From positions 1 to 39,429 of the forward strand of contig CAJNYD010000213.1 of the NCBI GenBank assembly GCA_905331295.1: a DNA stretch of 39,429 nt, written 5' to 3'. The notes under the pieces are model-generated. The model was not told the DNA's origin, made no database searches, and worked only from the letters and a program-made list of their open reading frames with translations. Each line of letters opens with the position of its first letter. Position 1 is the first letter of the stretch. Source of the stretch: Rotaria socialis. Its lineage: Eukaryota. Positions 1 through 13,728 of the stretch are shown here, one piece after another. The translations under genes were made by a program, and so were the position numbers.

Positions 1-351
1 AATATTTTCATCAACAGCAATCAAACGGAAACGTTGATTAGGTCCGCCATGAAAGTCATACAATTGGACTGGTGATCCATTCTGTCCAGCATGGCTTGGA
101 GGATCATTGTGAACATCGAGCGCTTTGTTTCTTCTTGTCGATCGCTGATGAGTAGGCCAAATATAATACTCAATAGTATTATAATCAACACGTTCAAATA
201 TTAATGTCTGATCAGAGTGAGAGTCGAGTGCGAGTGGTGCTTCAAGATTCAATGATTGTTGATAAATACAAAGTATTTTGTTTGATTGATTGTGTCGGAG
301 ACGATATTCACGATGTTGAACGTGCTCAATACGAAAAATGCTCTGATCCGA
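1..351 (-). pseudogene. 5'-truncated inverted copy of the ricin-B lectin gene (C-terminal ~115 codons)
   Basis: Reverse complement of 1..351 matches ~1347..1696 with about 9 substitutions and one 1-nt indel near 346. Homology stops at ~351 and the copy runs off the window start. Confidence 0.85.
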
Positions 352-1249
352 AACGTTAACTAAATTGGCTAATATTTAGAATTCAATTCAATTTTATCTT
401 AGTAACATCAAATTAATTTATTCATTTAACATTTTATTAGAATTTATTTTATATTAATTTATTAATTTTATTCTTATGTTAATTTAATTAATTTTATTTT
501 TATTTTATCTGCTAAATTTACGTAATAGAATTACATTTTGATTTTGATTTTTAAACTCTATAATTCAATTCTATTTTATTTCAATTTTAACATTTTACTT
601 ATAACCCTTATATATATATTTAAATAAAAATTGAATTAATTAAAAATTAACTAACATTACTACATATCAGGAAGAGAATTCTAACTTAAATTTAATCTAA
701 CAAAATGACCTTCCTTAACCGTAACCAATTTTTTAGTATGTAATGAGCATAGTTTAAAAGCAAGAATGAGTTTAGTTTCTTTTTAGTTTTTGAAGCTCTT
801 ATTCTGTCTTAAAACAAGTGTTGAGACTAATCTCTCTGATCAATGTTAGGAAAACTTAGGCTTCTCTCGAACATATGAAGTACGATTTCGAAGCTTTAAG
901 CTATTAAACATTAAGAAGATGGAATAAAACGTCTTCTTTCTTTTTCTTGATCTGAATAACAAAATAATTGTTTTTCAAATAAAACAACCTATACTTCTGT
1001 ATGTTGTCAGATAATAACAACTATTTGTAAAGAATTTTTGCGTGGTAATCTAATACATTTTATTTCACAAGAAAATATGATTTAATCTATTTCTTTAACT
1101 AAAGACGACTTTACTGGAACCCTGAAAAATCTCTTTATTTGCGATTGGAAGAACGACCAGAACTCATCTATCATCGTCTAACAATTAATCTAACGGAAGA
1201 TGATGGCGATGGCATAGCTATACTTAATTGGTATCAACGTACTGCGAAA

Positions 1250-1699
1250 ATGACCGATGGATTCTACCAAATCGAAATTTTTTTTAGATACAAACTTCTA
1301 ATAGCTCGAGAAAATAATCGAGTCTATGTGGGAGATAGTAAACAACTCGGACAGAGCATTTTTCGTCTTGAACACGTTCAACATCGTGAATATCGTCTCC
1401 GGCACAATCAATCAAACAAAATACTTTGTATCTATCAACAATCATTGAATCTTGAAGCACCACTCGCACGCGACTCTCACTCTGATCAGACATTTATATT
1501 TGAACGGGTTGATTATAATACTATTGAGTATTATATTTGGCCTACTCATCAGCGATCGACAAGAAGAAACAAAGCGCTCGATGTTCACAATGATCCTCCA
1601 GGCCGTGCTGGACAGAATGGATCACCAGTCCAATTGTATGACTTTCATGGCGGACCTAATCAACGTTTCCGTTTGATTGCTGTTGATGAAAATATTTAA
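1250..1699 (+). CDS. Ricin-B (beta-trefoil) lectin-like protein, ~149 aa from ATG 1250 (frame open from ~1103)
   Basis: MTDGFYQI...NKILCIYQ...SDQTF...NKALDV...NGSPVQLYDFHGGPNQRF matches RICIN/QxW subdomain motifs. AAAATG start context and AATAAA at ~1722. Confidence 0.75.
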   Translation: MTDGFYQIEIFFRYKLLIARENNRVYVGDSKQLGQSIFRLEHVQHREYRLRHNQSNKILCIYQQSLNLEAPLARDSHSDQTFIFERVDYNTIEYYIWPTHQRSTRRNKALDVHNDPPGRAGQNGSPVQLYDFHGGPNQRFRLIAVDENI

Positions 1700-2686
1700 A
1701 TTTTTCACATGTACACTTCTAAATAAAATGTTTAATTTGTTCAAACTGTGGTTTTGTTTTAAACATACAGTTGCATATAAACAATTTGATTGAACATTGA
1801 AAACTTATGTATCTTCGTTTCTATGAACTTTCTCTACATTATTACTTAATAAAGAACAAATATGCAGATCTCGATCGATGGAGAGTAAAGGGATTACAGA
1901 AAATTAATCTAGTGAAGATTGGATCTTCAGAATTAAATGAAAAAAAAGGCTGTTAATGCAACACATTTGCATTAAAAATATGAAATGTGATGTAACGATT
2001 GTTGCTAGTCACTGAGACATGAATCTACTCCATATGCTAAGACACTTATTCTTTCATTATTGTTTCATTTAACATTTTTCATCTTTTTCAAAAACTAATA
2101 CATTCCCAGTAATTGCTCGGTTAGGCTTCATCGTCTCTAATAGTAACTATGCTGTCTGTCACGTTTGTAACACATGATTGCTAAGACATATATTATGCCA
2201 GTGACAAGCTACCGTTAAGATGCCTATCACGTCTGTGGGAGTAGAGATTCAAACTATGGAAATACATTTCAACCTTCTTTTCAGATCATAGTTTGCATAA
2301 TTGGTACAATGAAGTTTAATTTAGTATCCACCAAGGAACTTCTAACATCATGATTTTTTTATATTCAAATTTTAATGAAGAAGTAATGATATACTTCAGA
2401 AATATCGTCTTCATCATGCCGTTGTCTTGTATACGAAGCACAAGTATTACGTGCACTTATAATCAAAGAGAATCCTGGTATCAAATGATACTTCTAATTT
2501 GGAAAATATTTCTTTTTGAATCTAGATGAAAAACTTTTTTATTTTCTGCTACGTTCCATAAAATTGCCGTATTATTGAAGCTTTTAGATTTCATACTTTT
2601 AATATTCAAATGCACCCATGAAAATTATAGAAAAACACTTCATATAATTGCAAATTATAGTATTTCGAGGAGATTAAACTATTGAA

Positions 2687-3677
2687 AATAACAAAGGGTT
2701 TTTTTCCGTCAACTAGAACATGAAAACTAATACATTAGAGTGCAAAAAATGCCACCGATTTTAATGATGATGCGCTCTTTTTCTTTTCTAGAAGTCTATT
2801 ATATACAATACCTACTTTCTGATCTTAGTTTGCTAGAAAATCCTTTTTACTTCTCTATTAATTTTATGGAAAACACTTTGTTCTCTCTATAAAAAATTTT
2901 CTCGGTTTCATAGATGAGTACATTCAAATCTTTTACACACTAAAAGGAAAGCAAGAATATTTTCATTACATAGTCAAATATGGCAATATGCATACAAGTT
3001 AATCCTCAATTCGTCATTCAAGACAAGCTAATAGACAATTCATTTTGAATTTTTCATAGTCAATCGATTGAACTACGGTTATATTTGTTTAAAAACTTTT
3101 ACATTTTAATTCAAAGATTAATTGATATTGACAAAAAATTATCAATAGACATTTCTTATCTTAAAATTCAAATGTCCCAACNAATAACAAAGGGTTTTTG
3201 TCCGTCAACTAGAACATGAAAACTAATACATTAGAGTGCAAAAAATGCCACCGATTTTAATGATGATGTGCTCTTTTTCTTTGCTAGAAGTCTATTATAT
3301 ACAATACCTACTTCCTGATCTTAGTTTGCTAGAAAATCCTTTTTTCTTCTCTATTAATTTTATGGAAAACACTTTGTTCTCTCTATAAAATTTTTTCTCG
3401 GTTTCATAGATGAGTACATTCAAATCTTTTACACACTAAAAGGAAAGCAAGAATATTTTCATTACATAGTCAAATATGGCAATATGCATACAAGTTAATC
3501 CTCAATTCGTCATTCAAGACAAGCTCATAGACAATTCATTTTGAATTTTTCATAGTCAATCGATTGAACTACGGTGATATTTGTTTAAAAACTTTTACAT
3601 TTTAATTCAAAGATTAATTGATATTGACAAAAAATTATCAATAGACATTTCTTATCTTAAAATTCAAATGTCCCAAC
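2687..3677 (+). repeat. 495-bp tandem direct duplication separated by a single N (probable haplotype overlap in the assembly)
   Basis: 2687..3181 is nearly identical to 3183..3677 with a few SNPs; N at 3182. Confidence 0.9.
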
Positions 3678-4770
3678 TATTGCAAGCCCAGCAAATTTAT
3701 TATATAGGAGAGAAATATAAGTTATATGCTGGTACGTTCATTTTAACCATTGGACTTATTAGTAATATTCGATTATTTTGATTTTTACGAGTCTAAGACT
3801 TTTTCGTGGAAATCCAACTAGTTTTTATTTTACTATTGAGTCGATTTCTGATATTGGCTTACTTCTTACATTAAATATACCAAGATTTGTGACCTATTTT
3901 CTTGACTACGCTCCATCTCAAATTCCAAATGTATGGTGTAAAATACAAAATATGATGCTACAAGCATTTGTTCTGTGTTCTCTATTTACAGTATGTTTCC
4001 TTTCGTTTGATCAATATTTATCAACGAATCGTCGAGCTCATTGGTGAAAAAAGAGTACAATTAGAATAGCCCATACTTTAACATGTTTTGGTGTGTGCTT
4101 TGCATTGTTACATAGCACAACAGCTCTTTTTGCTTTTGAATTTCAACCGTCAATGGGCTGTAATATTTACAATACGATATCAAAACGTTATTATACATTT
4201 TTCTATTTTCCCATTGTGACTAATGTCCTCCCAATAACTACTACTATAACATCGAGTTTATTAGCTTATCGAAATGTTCGTCGAATCGTTTGTCTTCAAC
4301 GACCAGTATTTCGTCGACGTCTTGATCGGCAAATGACAGCAATTACTTTGGCACGCATTGTAGTTCTCATTGCACTTGGCTCTCCGTATATTTTTATTTC
4401 TCTATATCAGATTAATTTAAACGTTAATACAAATAATTATATGCAACTAGCACTTTTTGAACTAATTTCAGCAGTATCTGCCTCATTACTGCATACTAAT
4501 TTTTCGGCAAATTAAAAAAGACCTTTCGTTTGAAATTATAATAATTCTTTTTTATATTGAATTCTATTTTAGATTAGTTTTTATGTTTTTCTAATAGTAT
4601 CATCTCGTTTTCGTCGTCAAGAAAAAACTGTTTTAGTGAAAAAAGTTTGGCGATCAATCAAATTATGTTCTTGTAAAACATCAACAACTAATCGTCGAAA
4701 TCAAATTTCTCCTGAGGTACTTCCACCAAGTTCTTCTGGGAATGAAATATGTAATAATAATCATGTTTAA
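3668..4770 (+). pseudogene. Rhodopsin-like 7TM GPCR (rotifer-expanded type), disabled; exons 3668..4506 and 4573..4770
   Basis: TM1 IGLISNI, WCKI, TM3 CFLSFDQY, LAYRNVRR, RRLDRQMT and TM7 NFS|ISFYVF..SSRFRRQ. Frameshift at ~3770-3778, TGA at 4045-4047, and a 66-nt intron 4507..4572 (GC..AG). Confidence 0.85.
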
Positions 4771-7654
4771 TTTGATATGGATTAAGAGTAATGAAGATGA
4801 AAAAAAAAAAGAAAAAGCATTTTAATTGAAATTCTACATGGTTGTAAGAGAGATTTTTCCATGACATGAATTCCATGTCGTTCTTTGGTGAATAAATGAT
4901 GTTGGTGTGAGCTTGCAGAAATATCATTATAATTAATCTATCCAATGAAAAACAAACAAATATCAGTAGTGCTTCCTTACATTATAATCTTTTTAATTAA
5001 ATGGCCCTTCAGGGAATCAAAACCCCTTGAGCACAAGAAAAGTATATGTCAGATTGATCTTACGCACAGTTTTTGCTGAAAACATTAGATTGTCGAATCT
5101 GCTGCAAGGCAATGTAATTGAGTAATTAAAAACTAAAAACATTATACCATCTTGTGTTGTCATAAAAAATGATTAATTTTCCATGAACACAAAAAGTTCA
5201 TTTGACTCTTTTGTGCGTGGCATCAGAATGATTAATAAGTGAAAAATATTCTGCAAAAGACATCGCTACAATAAATTTTTTACCTGGCAGATTGAATTAC
5301 ACACTTTTCCTCGTTATTTCTCAAAATATATTTTATATATTAGAATATAATAGATGTTGGTTAGTTTTTTGTTCATTTGCGTTAATCATGTTATTTCTAG
5401 CAAAACTCAACCGATATCTATTATGTATTATAGATCTTATGTTGTGTCAGTTTGAAATAGTCTTTATATAGGAAATCTTTTATATTGATGATACAAGTGG
5501 AAGAGGAAATTTTTATTATAACTACGGGTGATAATCGAGAAAACTAACGATATATTGTGAAGGCGCGTAGACTCTTTTATAATAATTGAGTGACAGACTT
5601 AGCTGGGTGTGCCTCCATCATAATTCATTAAAAATAGAAAATAATAATTAATCTTAGTTGATCAAAATGTATGGAAATCGATTTTAGAATTTGTGATTTA
5701 CTATAATTGCGATTCATATTCATTAATGTATTTTGTTATCGTTTGTTTTGCTGTTGGAAATTTAGATTTACTATGTGATACGAACTTGATAATAATCTTC
5801 ATTTTTTAAATTTCTCAATTAAAGCATGAACAGAACAAGTAATTTTCGTCTTTTTCTCCTTACTTTTGAATAATGTTGGTCTCGGCCACGTGTGACCGTG
5901 ACCAATTTGCAGATCACTATGTACCACGATTGAATGTGTAATGGTTTAGAGTCTTAATTACAAAATTTGGATAGTGAGTTTATATTGAAATTGTGATAGT
6001 ATATCTTTGTGTCACTTGCTCGTACCCAGTATGAAAGATGAAGCGTAGGTGAGAGCAAAATTTCCTGAAAAGCTTGCCGTCATAGAAGCACTATTATTTC
6101 CCTAATTGAAAAAATGTTAGAATGTAGTAAAAAAAATCAGGGTATATCATTATATGCAGGAATATACTCCTACTTATTTCTTTTTCATGCTCTAATCAGA
6201 TAATAAAACGCTTCTTTGCAATAATGTCTGAAGTTGTTTTAATATCTGTTTTTTAAATATATATCTTAAACAAGAATTCATTTGTTTTCCTGAATTTTAT
6301 AGGAGTAAGAAAGAATTTCTCTAAGATATTTGTCGGTGTGGAAAATATTTAGTCTTTTTTGAGCTAGCTGTTTACTGCTAGTACTGATTCCGAATTAAAA
6401 AATAAGATTAAATGACCAAATCACATGTGATATTTTTTGTTTTATATATAGAAAATGAAGATGAATTAATTAACAGTGTGTTTAACGTACTGAAAAAATA
6501 TAAGTTTCGAAACAAAAAGACATTTTTACAATTTAAAATTCAACGTGCATGTAACGTGCAATTTCATGTCTTTGTTGGAGAAGAACGATGAAATATCGTG
6601 TTATCATGAATGATACAAGTCTTACTTTTCGTGTTTTCTCAATTAAATTTGATATCTTGGGAGAGAGATGGTGTGCCCCTATTCAAAAGAGATGGAAACG
6701 AATTTTTGTTTATACTAGTATGTTTTGAAGAAATTTTTTTATTACAGGCATAACTGTTTTCAAATGGAGTATTTTTCTTTTTACCGATTTAATGAATGTG
6801 AAATTTCATTGTTCTAAATTAAAAATAGACTTTCAAAATCATCTGCTACTGTTTCTATCGAGGTTGTATCTAAATCAAGAATGGTAGGTATTCCAGAAAT
6901 TCGATACAGGTTCAATTTAAATTCTTAGTTTGATGTGTTGAATGCAAATGAAGCACTTTTTAAAGTCTATTGTTAATGGAAATTTCGAATCCAAAAGTTC
7001 ATCAAAATGTAATAAAAGACTACAGAGTTAAATTTGACCAGAAAAACTATCAAGCGATGCTTGAATTTTAAAAAAGGCCTTTTTTTCTTGCTTTTATCGT
7101 TGAGGGCACTTTAATTAAACTTAATAATGATCATCGAATCTTTGTAACGATTGAGCTAGTTTTGTGTCACTTTTTTTATCTTGTGATCCTCTTAGGATTC
7201 TTATATTGTAAAAAAAATTTCAATCTAAGACTAGATTATGATTTTAATTAATTTTATCTCGAAATAAAACAATATTGTAGAGTATCATCAAGATGAAGAA
7301 AAAATATATTAGCTCATTGACCACCAGAGATAAAATAGATAGCTAAAAAACACCTCAATCTACCTACAGACCTTTTCTTTGTGACCTTGTTAACAAGAAT
7401 CTAACATTAATAGAACTTTTTAAATGCATTTTTACGAAATAATATAGGAGTCTTATTCTTTCGTTTCCTTCATTATGTTCATGTAGAAATAAAAACATAT
7501 TTGGCGTATATAAATAGAATAATTATCGTATGTTCTATTTAGAAAGACATGATATTTAATTGCGAAATTTTTCTTACTTTTCCACAATTAATATTTTAAT
7601 TTTCACTTCAGACAATCGATTTATCTAGTAAAATTGGGAATACATTCGACTTCT

Positions 7655-8060
7655 TCAATATATTTTTACTGATAGACAGTAGACAATAGCAAAGTAATTT
7701 GTGAAGGGAATTTCGCCGCTAAGGTTAAAAGAATACCAGTAAAGAAATTCAACACCTATAGAAACAACAGTGAAAATAGTGGCCTTGTAATGTGTAGACC
7801 CGGTCTGTGTGGTCCACTCCTCACATAATTTTGACTGATACGTTCTCAATTCTCAGTCAAATTAGTAATTTGAGCATTATTTACCTTCGTCGTAGTAGTG
7901 AAGAGAACGAAATGTCTCAACGCGTAACAAAACTAACTAATTGTGCTATAACCATTCATATCGATGCTTTTCTATCTTCTTTACATCGTATGATTGCTTT
8001 CATGGTATTGAAACGCAATCTTAGTAAGCATGAATAATGTGAACAACAGTAATAGCCAAA
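7655..8060 (-). pseudogene. Possible heavily decayed membrane-protein/GPCR remnant
   Basis: Minus-strand fragments such as RCKEDRKASI*MVIAQLVSFV and a hydrophobic stretch, plus an intron-like gt..ag at ~7836-7883; several stops. Confidence 0.25.
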
Positions 8061-9299
8061 TGGTGTTTGAAGAGTTCTTAACGCAATCCCTAATGAGTAC
8101 AAACACGACCTATGCTTACATTACTAATTTTAATTACAAAAAATGCTGTTATATCATGCATTGAGAATATTGTATTATTTTTCAATTCATACTTTGGGAT
8201 TTAACAAGAAATGAGATTATGTCTTAATGAAATGTTATACTGATTTGAGTCTTCGATGGTATGTCAATTGAGTTCGTTATACTTTGTGATCGAATTATAG
8301 GCTGTCTGTGACAATATGTGTAAAAAAGAATACTGTTTCTTTCTTCAAAATTTTTCCTAACATTTTTTCATACATAAATTCTTTGAGAAGAATTAATCGG
8401 GAGAATAATAGCTATATACTACGTAGTTAATTATTATTCAAAATGCTTATCAGAGTATGTGAAATATCCTCTTTCTAGTCTGTCATCGATTTTCAAAATA
8501 TCTTTCACAGCTTATAAAGCAAGAGAGCAGAAGTCAAAATTTCATAGGTTTTATTTTTGTAGTCATTTTCTATGACACTTTTAACTGTAAGCTAGAAACT
8601 GAGGATATTATTCTTGCTAATCGAATATGATTAAATGTGAGGTAAAAATCAGAGATGTGCGCAAGACAAGATTTTTTGTCCTGTCCTGTGCACGTCTGTG
8701 GTAAGGCTCATCGATCAAAAATTTACTTTTAGGTATCATCTGAATTACACGCTATGACCTCTACTGAAAAAGATTTCGTATCAATCTACAGCATTACAAC
8801 AGCCTTTATTTAGTACTTCGAATGGATTTATGAATAAAAAAGTGAAATGATCTGTCAAAAAAGAGATCTCATATGTATTCTGATGGTCTCAGCTTAAATT
8901 TGAAGGAAACTTTCCTTTAAGTATTCTTACGTTCATAATACAGATAAAGAATAAACAAAGAAGAACAAATTATTGTACTCGACAGCCAAAGAAAAAAAAG
9001 TAAATTCACTAAGGCAAGATATCAAAACGAATAACATAGGGAAAATGCGCATTTAGTACGACGATACTTTCTTACTAATATAAGAGAAAAGAACAAAAAA
9101 AGAACATTTATTAGCCATCAAGACATATATACCATTCATGCTTAAATTTTTATAATGGAAACATTTTTTAAAATTAATGAACTTGTTTTATAATTCTAAT
9201 CTCTTAACGTAGAAAAAAAACATCAAATATTTTTCTGAGTTTTTCTTAAAAATAGCTGTTGCCCAAGCAGAGGTTTATTTTTATCTTGATAAAATGAAA

Positions 9300-10054
9300 A
9301 CGAACTTTGTCGAATCCATGTGAAGCTAGAACGATGAGTAGCTACCACCATGACGAATTCATATGTGCTTGAAATCCTCAGCAATGCAGGACAGATGTAT
9401 AAGAACAGTATAAGGGTGTGAGGTATGTTCTTCCGAGCAACCTCACATAGTTCATGAACGTTCGGGCTAAAATGCTTAGAATTTTAAGCAGACATAAATT
9501 CGTCGTGCTAGCTGCACATCGATCACAATATGAATTCACTTATTTATTAAAATGTGTTCCAGAAGCAAAAAGTATGGTAATAATATATGCTTGTTTCATT
9601 TTCAACTGTAACTAGTAATAATACGGCTCACATAAATACTAGCCTTACTCAAAACATAGATATAAGAAAAGTAAAATTTCCATACCTACAAAAATCTGTA
9701 TTCAACATACAAAACTCGTGTCAATCGATAAAATGTTTGCAGAACAAAAGTCATATAACAACAACCAAATGTTTCATAAGTAAGAAAACCTTGAAATTGA
9801 TACCAAATTAATTGCATGCCTGTTGCATTTGACATACCATGTAGATCTGCTTTAAGAACATTAAAAGTTTATGATAGAAGTACGACAGAAAATGTTAGTA
9901 TAGATGCATATGTATTTGTTATAAGAAGAATTGAAACATCATCACATTTTTGTCGTAGGTAAACCATCAATGTAACAAGCAAAGTGAAAGCAATTAATAT
10001 TGTTAAACAAGAACTTACGAGAGTAATAAAAGTGAGAATAATATTTAGTGGCAT
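9300..10054 (-). pseudogene. 7TM GPCR pseudogene
   Basis: MPLNIILTFITLV...SILLITNTY...VLLS*TFNVLKADL...QFQGFLTY...CYMTFVLQTFYRLTRVLY..RFL* shows a TM1-TM3 pattern with multiple in-frame stops. The 3' limit is approximate. Confidence 0.7.
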
Positions 10055-12441
10055 GTCTGTAATGTGTTGAATGTAAATGCTACTTGTAGGATCTGTTCAT
10101 GATATCGCGTGAAAAAGAAGAATATACTTGAAATGCACATTTTTTGATGGATTTTGATAAATGACATAGTCAACACTTGTGATTACTTTTTCATTGCAAG
10201 TCAACGTATTCTAGCCAACGATGATGAACGATCTATATCGACTACGTTTTAACTTACGATATATATTTCAATTAAAGATTTTCTAATTAAAATGGTAATA
10301 TGTTATGACTTAAATGTAATTTATATGCAGGCCATAGATATTCTCTATCTCAGTCTATGGTATTATAATACTTTTTTTTCAACTTTTCATTCATTGCCAT
10401 GAACTTTTTCTTTCTTTGTGCTATATATAGCATCTTGTTTCCTGTATGAACCAGTCTATACAGATATTGGAATTGTGATTCGGAAAAACATGGATTTATC
10501 AATCTACGTAGGCATATATATTTCTTCAATTTGATAAAAAAAGAGCTGCAATCTGTGGCGATGGCTTAATCACAATACGTAGTACAACATATTTGACATA
10601 ATAGAAGGAAGCCTGGGAGGGAATGTGAGAGGTTTGGAAGCACATCATTGATATGTCTATCATACTAAAGTATCGAAAACCTTCTCCGAACGTAAAAAAA
10701 TCTGAAAAATGATATAAAAGGAAAAAAGAGACAGACCATTTCAAATAATACAATATTGATGGACACAATAATATACTATAAATTATATTTTTCTTATCGC
10801 TAAAGCACCAACATAATACTAGTTTTTAATAAATTAATAGTTGTACATCTGGAAATTTATAATAGGACTAGTAAAGTTTCTTTTTCTGCTCGAATAAATA
10901 CTAACTTCAACTTATTGAGTATTGGCATGACTTACTAGTTCTTCTTAAAAAAGTTATAGATAAAAAACATATTTTACGATGTGAAATCGGTCAGCAGAAG
11001 CCATTTCTTTCAGAGAAAGTATAAAAAGCATCAGGATCTACTCTACTTATTTGAGACTTCGTCAGTTGCCTTGGATTGTATAGCAGCATCATTTTGATTA
11101 TAACAAAAAAAGAATGTGCAATACTAGTTCATGAGTAAAAATAGGCGATTTTATCAAGTTAAAATAGTATAACATTATTGCATGCTTACATTCAGCTTTT
11201 GCATCTTTTTAAATACGTAGTTTCGTGAAGAAATATGTTGCACTGTTCAAAGGTGTCCCCTCATGTACTAGGCATCCATATGAAAGTATTTATCACAGAA
11301 AAAATTCTTATAATTTTTATAGTTTAATCAGTACAATGAGTAGAAAACTGCTAAGACTAGAAATTATCTTACTATGGTTTTGTTTAAGCACATTTTAGAT
11401 TTCTTGAATCGTTCAATTGCCAATTTTTGAAAATGAATAGCCAATATGAGCATTATATAGAGTAATATTTACTCAAATGAATGGCTTATAATAAAAACTG
11501 CTTCAGAAATTTGAAGTCTTTTGTAGTGTCAAGTGAATTTTTTATCAAAAAACTTAGTACTATCCTATAATGTATAAAATAAAATTCAAGTTCACGTATC
11601 ACAAGATGCTTACAATAATTTCATAAAATGATAATTTACATATCTCTTCGAGTGTGACAACTTGTAACTGAATCTAAATTTTGATATTTATCAATATAGA
11701 CGGCTACTTCTCATTTGCTAACACAACTAAAATTTTACTTCGAAAAAACAAAGAGTTTAATGCAGATCTAAGTGAGATACTGTGAAGGTTTTGATAAAAT
11801 TGTTTTTTCTTCATTATGGACTTATTAGCTAACAGTTAAAATATACGATGAAGGGTCATACATAATGGATAATTAGCTAATATGAATGTGAACCGAGGAG
11901 AAAAAAGTGTCAAAAATGTTCTCTTATAATTTGCACGGATACTTCAATATTTATTGAGATTGTAGGAGGTGTGGCTGCATTAAGAAAATTCGCTAATTAG
12001 CGCTCCTCCTTCAAAGTCATCTTTATTCGAACATTGTTTTGTATGTACTTCTTCTTTTTTTGTTTACAAATGTTCTTTCACTTTGACAAGTTCTTAACCT
12101 TTCGATGTTTCTTTTCATGTATAGTTGCTCCAATAAGCGGTCACGACCTTTAACCTTCACTCTCGTGAACTTGATTCTACTTTTTGCTATTAGCTAACAG
12201 AAAAGTTCATGATTCAATACTCCAGAGAAAAAGCAATAGATATTATGTATAGTATTGGTCATCGATTATTCATTGTTTGAGGTCGCCGAATGAATATAAA
12301 ATGAGACGTGCTGCTTTCCATTCTTGTGAGCACAAATATTTTCGAAAACATGGAACAAAGTATTGATTGTTGTCCAACAAAGCGACTAAGAACAACTTAC
12401 GAACAAAGTAAGATTTTCCCTTGGCTTATCTAAATATCGAT

Positions 12442-13728
12442 ATGTCATTTGAATTTATACAATACAGATTCTTGTTCCACATTTGAATGTCTCTCGGACG
12501 AGCTGATTTTCGATATTTTCGAATATTTCAATATGAAAGAAATTTTTCAATCTTTCTCCAATCTTAATTCATTCATTACATCATGTATATTCGATCGACG
12601 CCAACAACTGCATTTGCATCTTGATCATGAAATGCCTTTTCTTCTGGGCAACGATCTTTCCAATCACGTGACGTCACTCTATATTGATCGTATTATTATT
12701 CCAATTGGAGCATTTCTTAATCTTAAATCACTTACCATCGTCGATGGCAATGAGTGCGAAGACCAATGTCTCAATATGATCAATGAGGTTAGACAAAATT
12801 TTAATATATAGTGCTGAGAATTAAGAATTCAATTAGAACCTTTGAGCTATTACATGAAAGTTAAAAAATTTTCCATATTATGGAGAATCTTTGAGAAAAA
12901 AATGCTTTGTTCAATTGTGAAATTTAAACTTTGATATCATGAAATGAGAATCAGAAAGCACTAAAAAAGCGATAAAATAAATAACAAAAACACATTTGCT
13001 CAGTCATAAAATATTATGTAATGTAGTGCAAAATTGGATGAAACATGCTGCTCTCTTTATTTAGGTTTCCAAACTGTCTCAACTGATCAGCTTCACACTA
13101 TATCTAGTTAGTCATAAACCGAAGTTGATCGGTAATGAAATGATTAAAACTGCATTTGATCATTCTTCTCTTCAACGAATCAATCTAATTACAAATGCTC
13201 GTTCAAATTGTTATTCACGAGGCAGAAATTTAGATGGCAACTTGACCTTTCGTTTGGTTAAAATGGATTGTATGACCTCGGATTTTCATGGTGTAAAAAT
13301 TGATCATGGTTGCTATAAATTACACAGCAGACACTATCTACCTTTGAGGAGGCAATATCATATTCGTCGTCTCGATCTTGATTTCAAGCAATGGAGATTA
13401 CACTTACTAGTTGAATTCTTATCTGCTATGCCTTCGTTAATAGCATTAACAATTAAAGGCTTTTGTTGTTGTAATAATATTTATTTCTGGATATATGTCG
13501 ACCGTTGGGATCAAATGTTGCAAAATTTGAAGGCATTACAACGTGTCGCTATCGAGATTTACCTCGCTTTACCAATAAGGTTGAGAAAAGGGTGCGCGAA
13601 ATCGTTCAACGAAAGTGAAGCAGAAAAATTTGAAACCTGCAAACGGATAAATCTGGTAGCCGGGCCAAGAACAAAAAAAAACAGCTGTGGGATGTGTTCA
13701 GATTAGTGCTTCGCTTAATATGGGCTAA
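12442..13728 (+). pseudogene. F-box-like protein with degenerate LRR-type C-terminus; 2 exons (12442..12787, 13065..13728); frameshifted or containing sequencing errors
   Basis: STFECLSDELIFDIFEYF...IFQSFSNLN F-box-like motif. Phase-0 GT..AG intron 12788..13064 joins the two track ORFs in frame. ATG 12442 is 1 nt out of frame and there is a probable shift in the A-run at ~13672. Confidence 0.7.

Noticed and set aside
352..700. Possible mitochondrial insertion (very AT-rich, T-skewed)
   Set aside because: I found no recognisable mitochondrial gene, and TAA stops interrupt the frames I read.
2687..3677. Biological tandem duplication of the GPCR promoter
   Set aside because: The copies meet exactly at a scaffold N, which is typical of uncollapsed allelic contig ends.
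8650..8700. Small imperfect palindrome with hAT-like ends (cagagatgtgc...gcacgtctgtg)
   Set aside because: Too short and no convincing TSD; at most a MITE relic.
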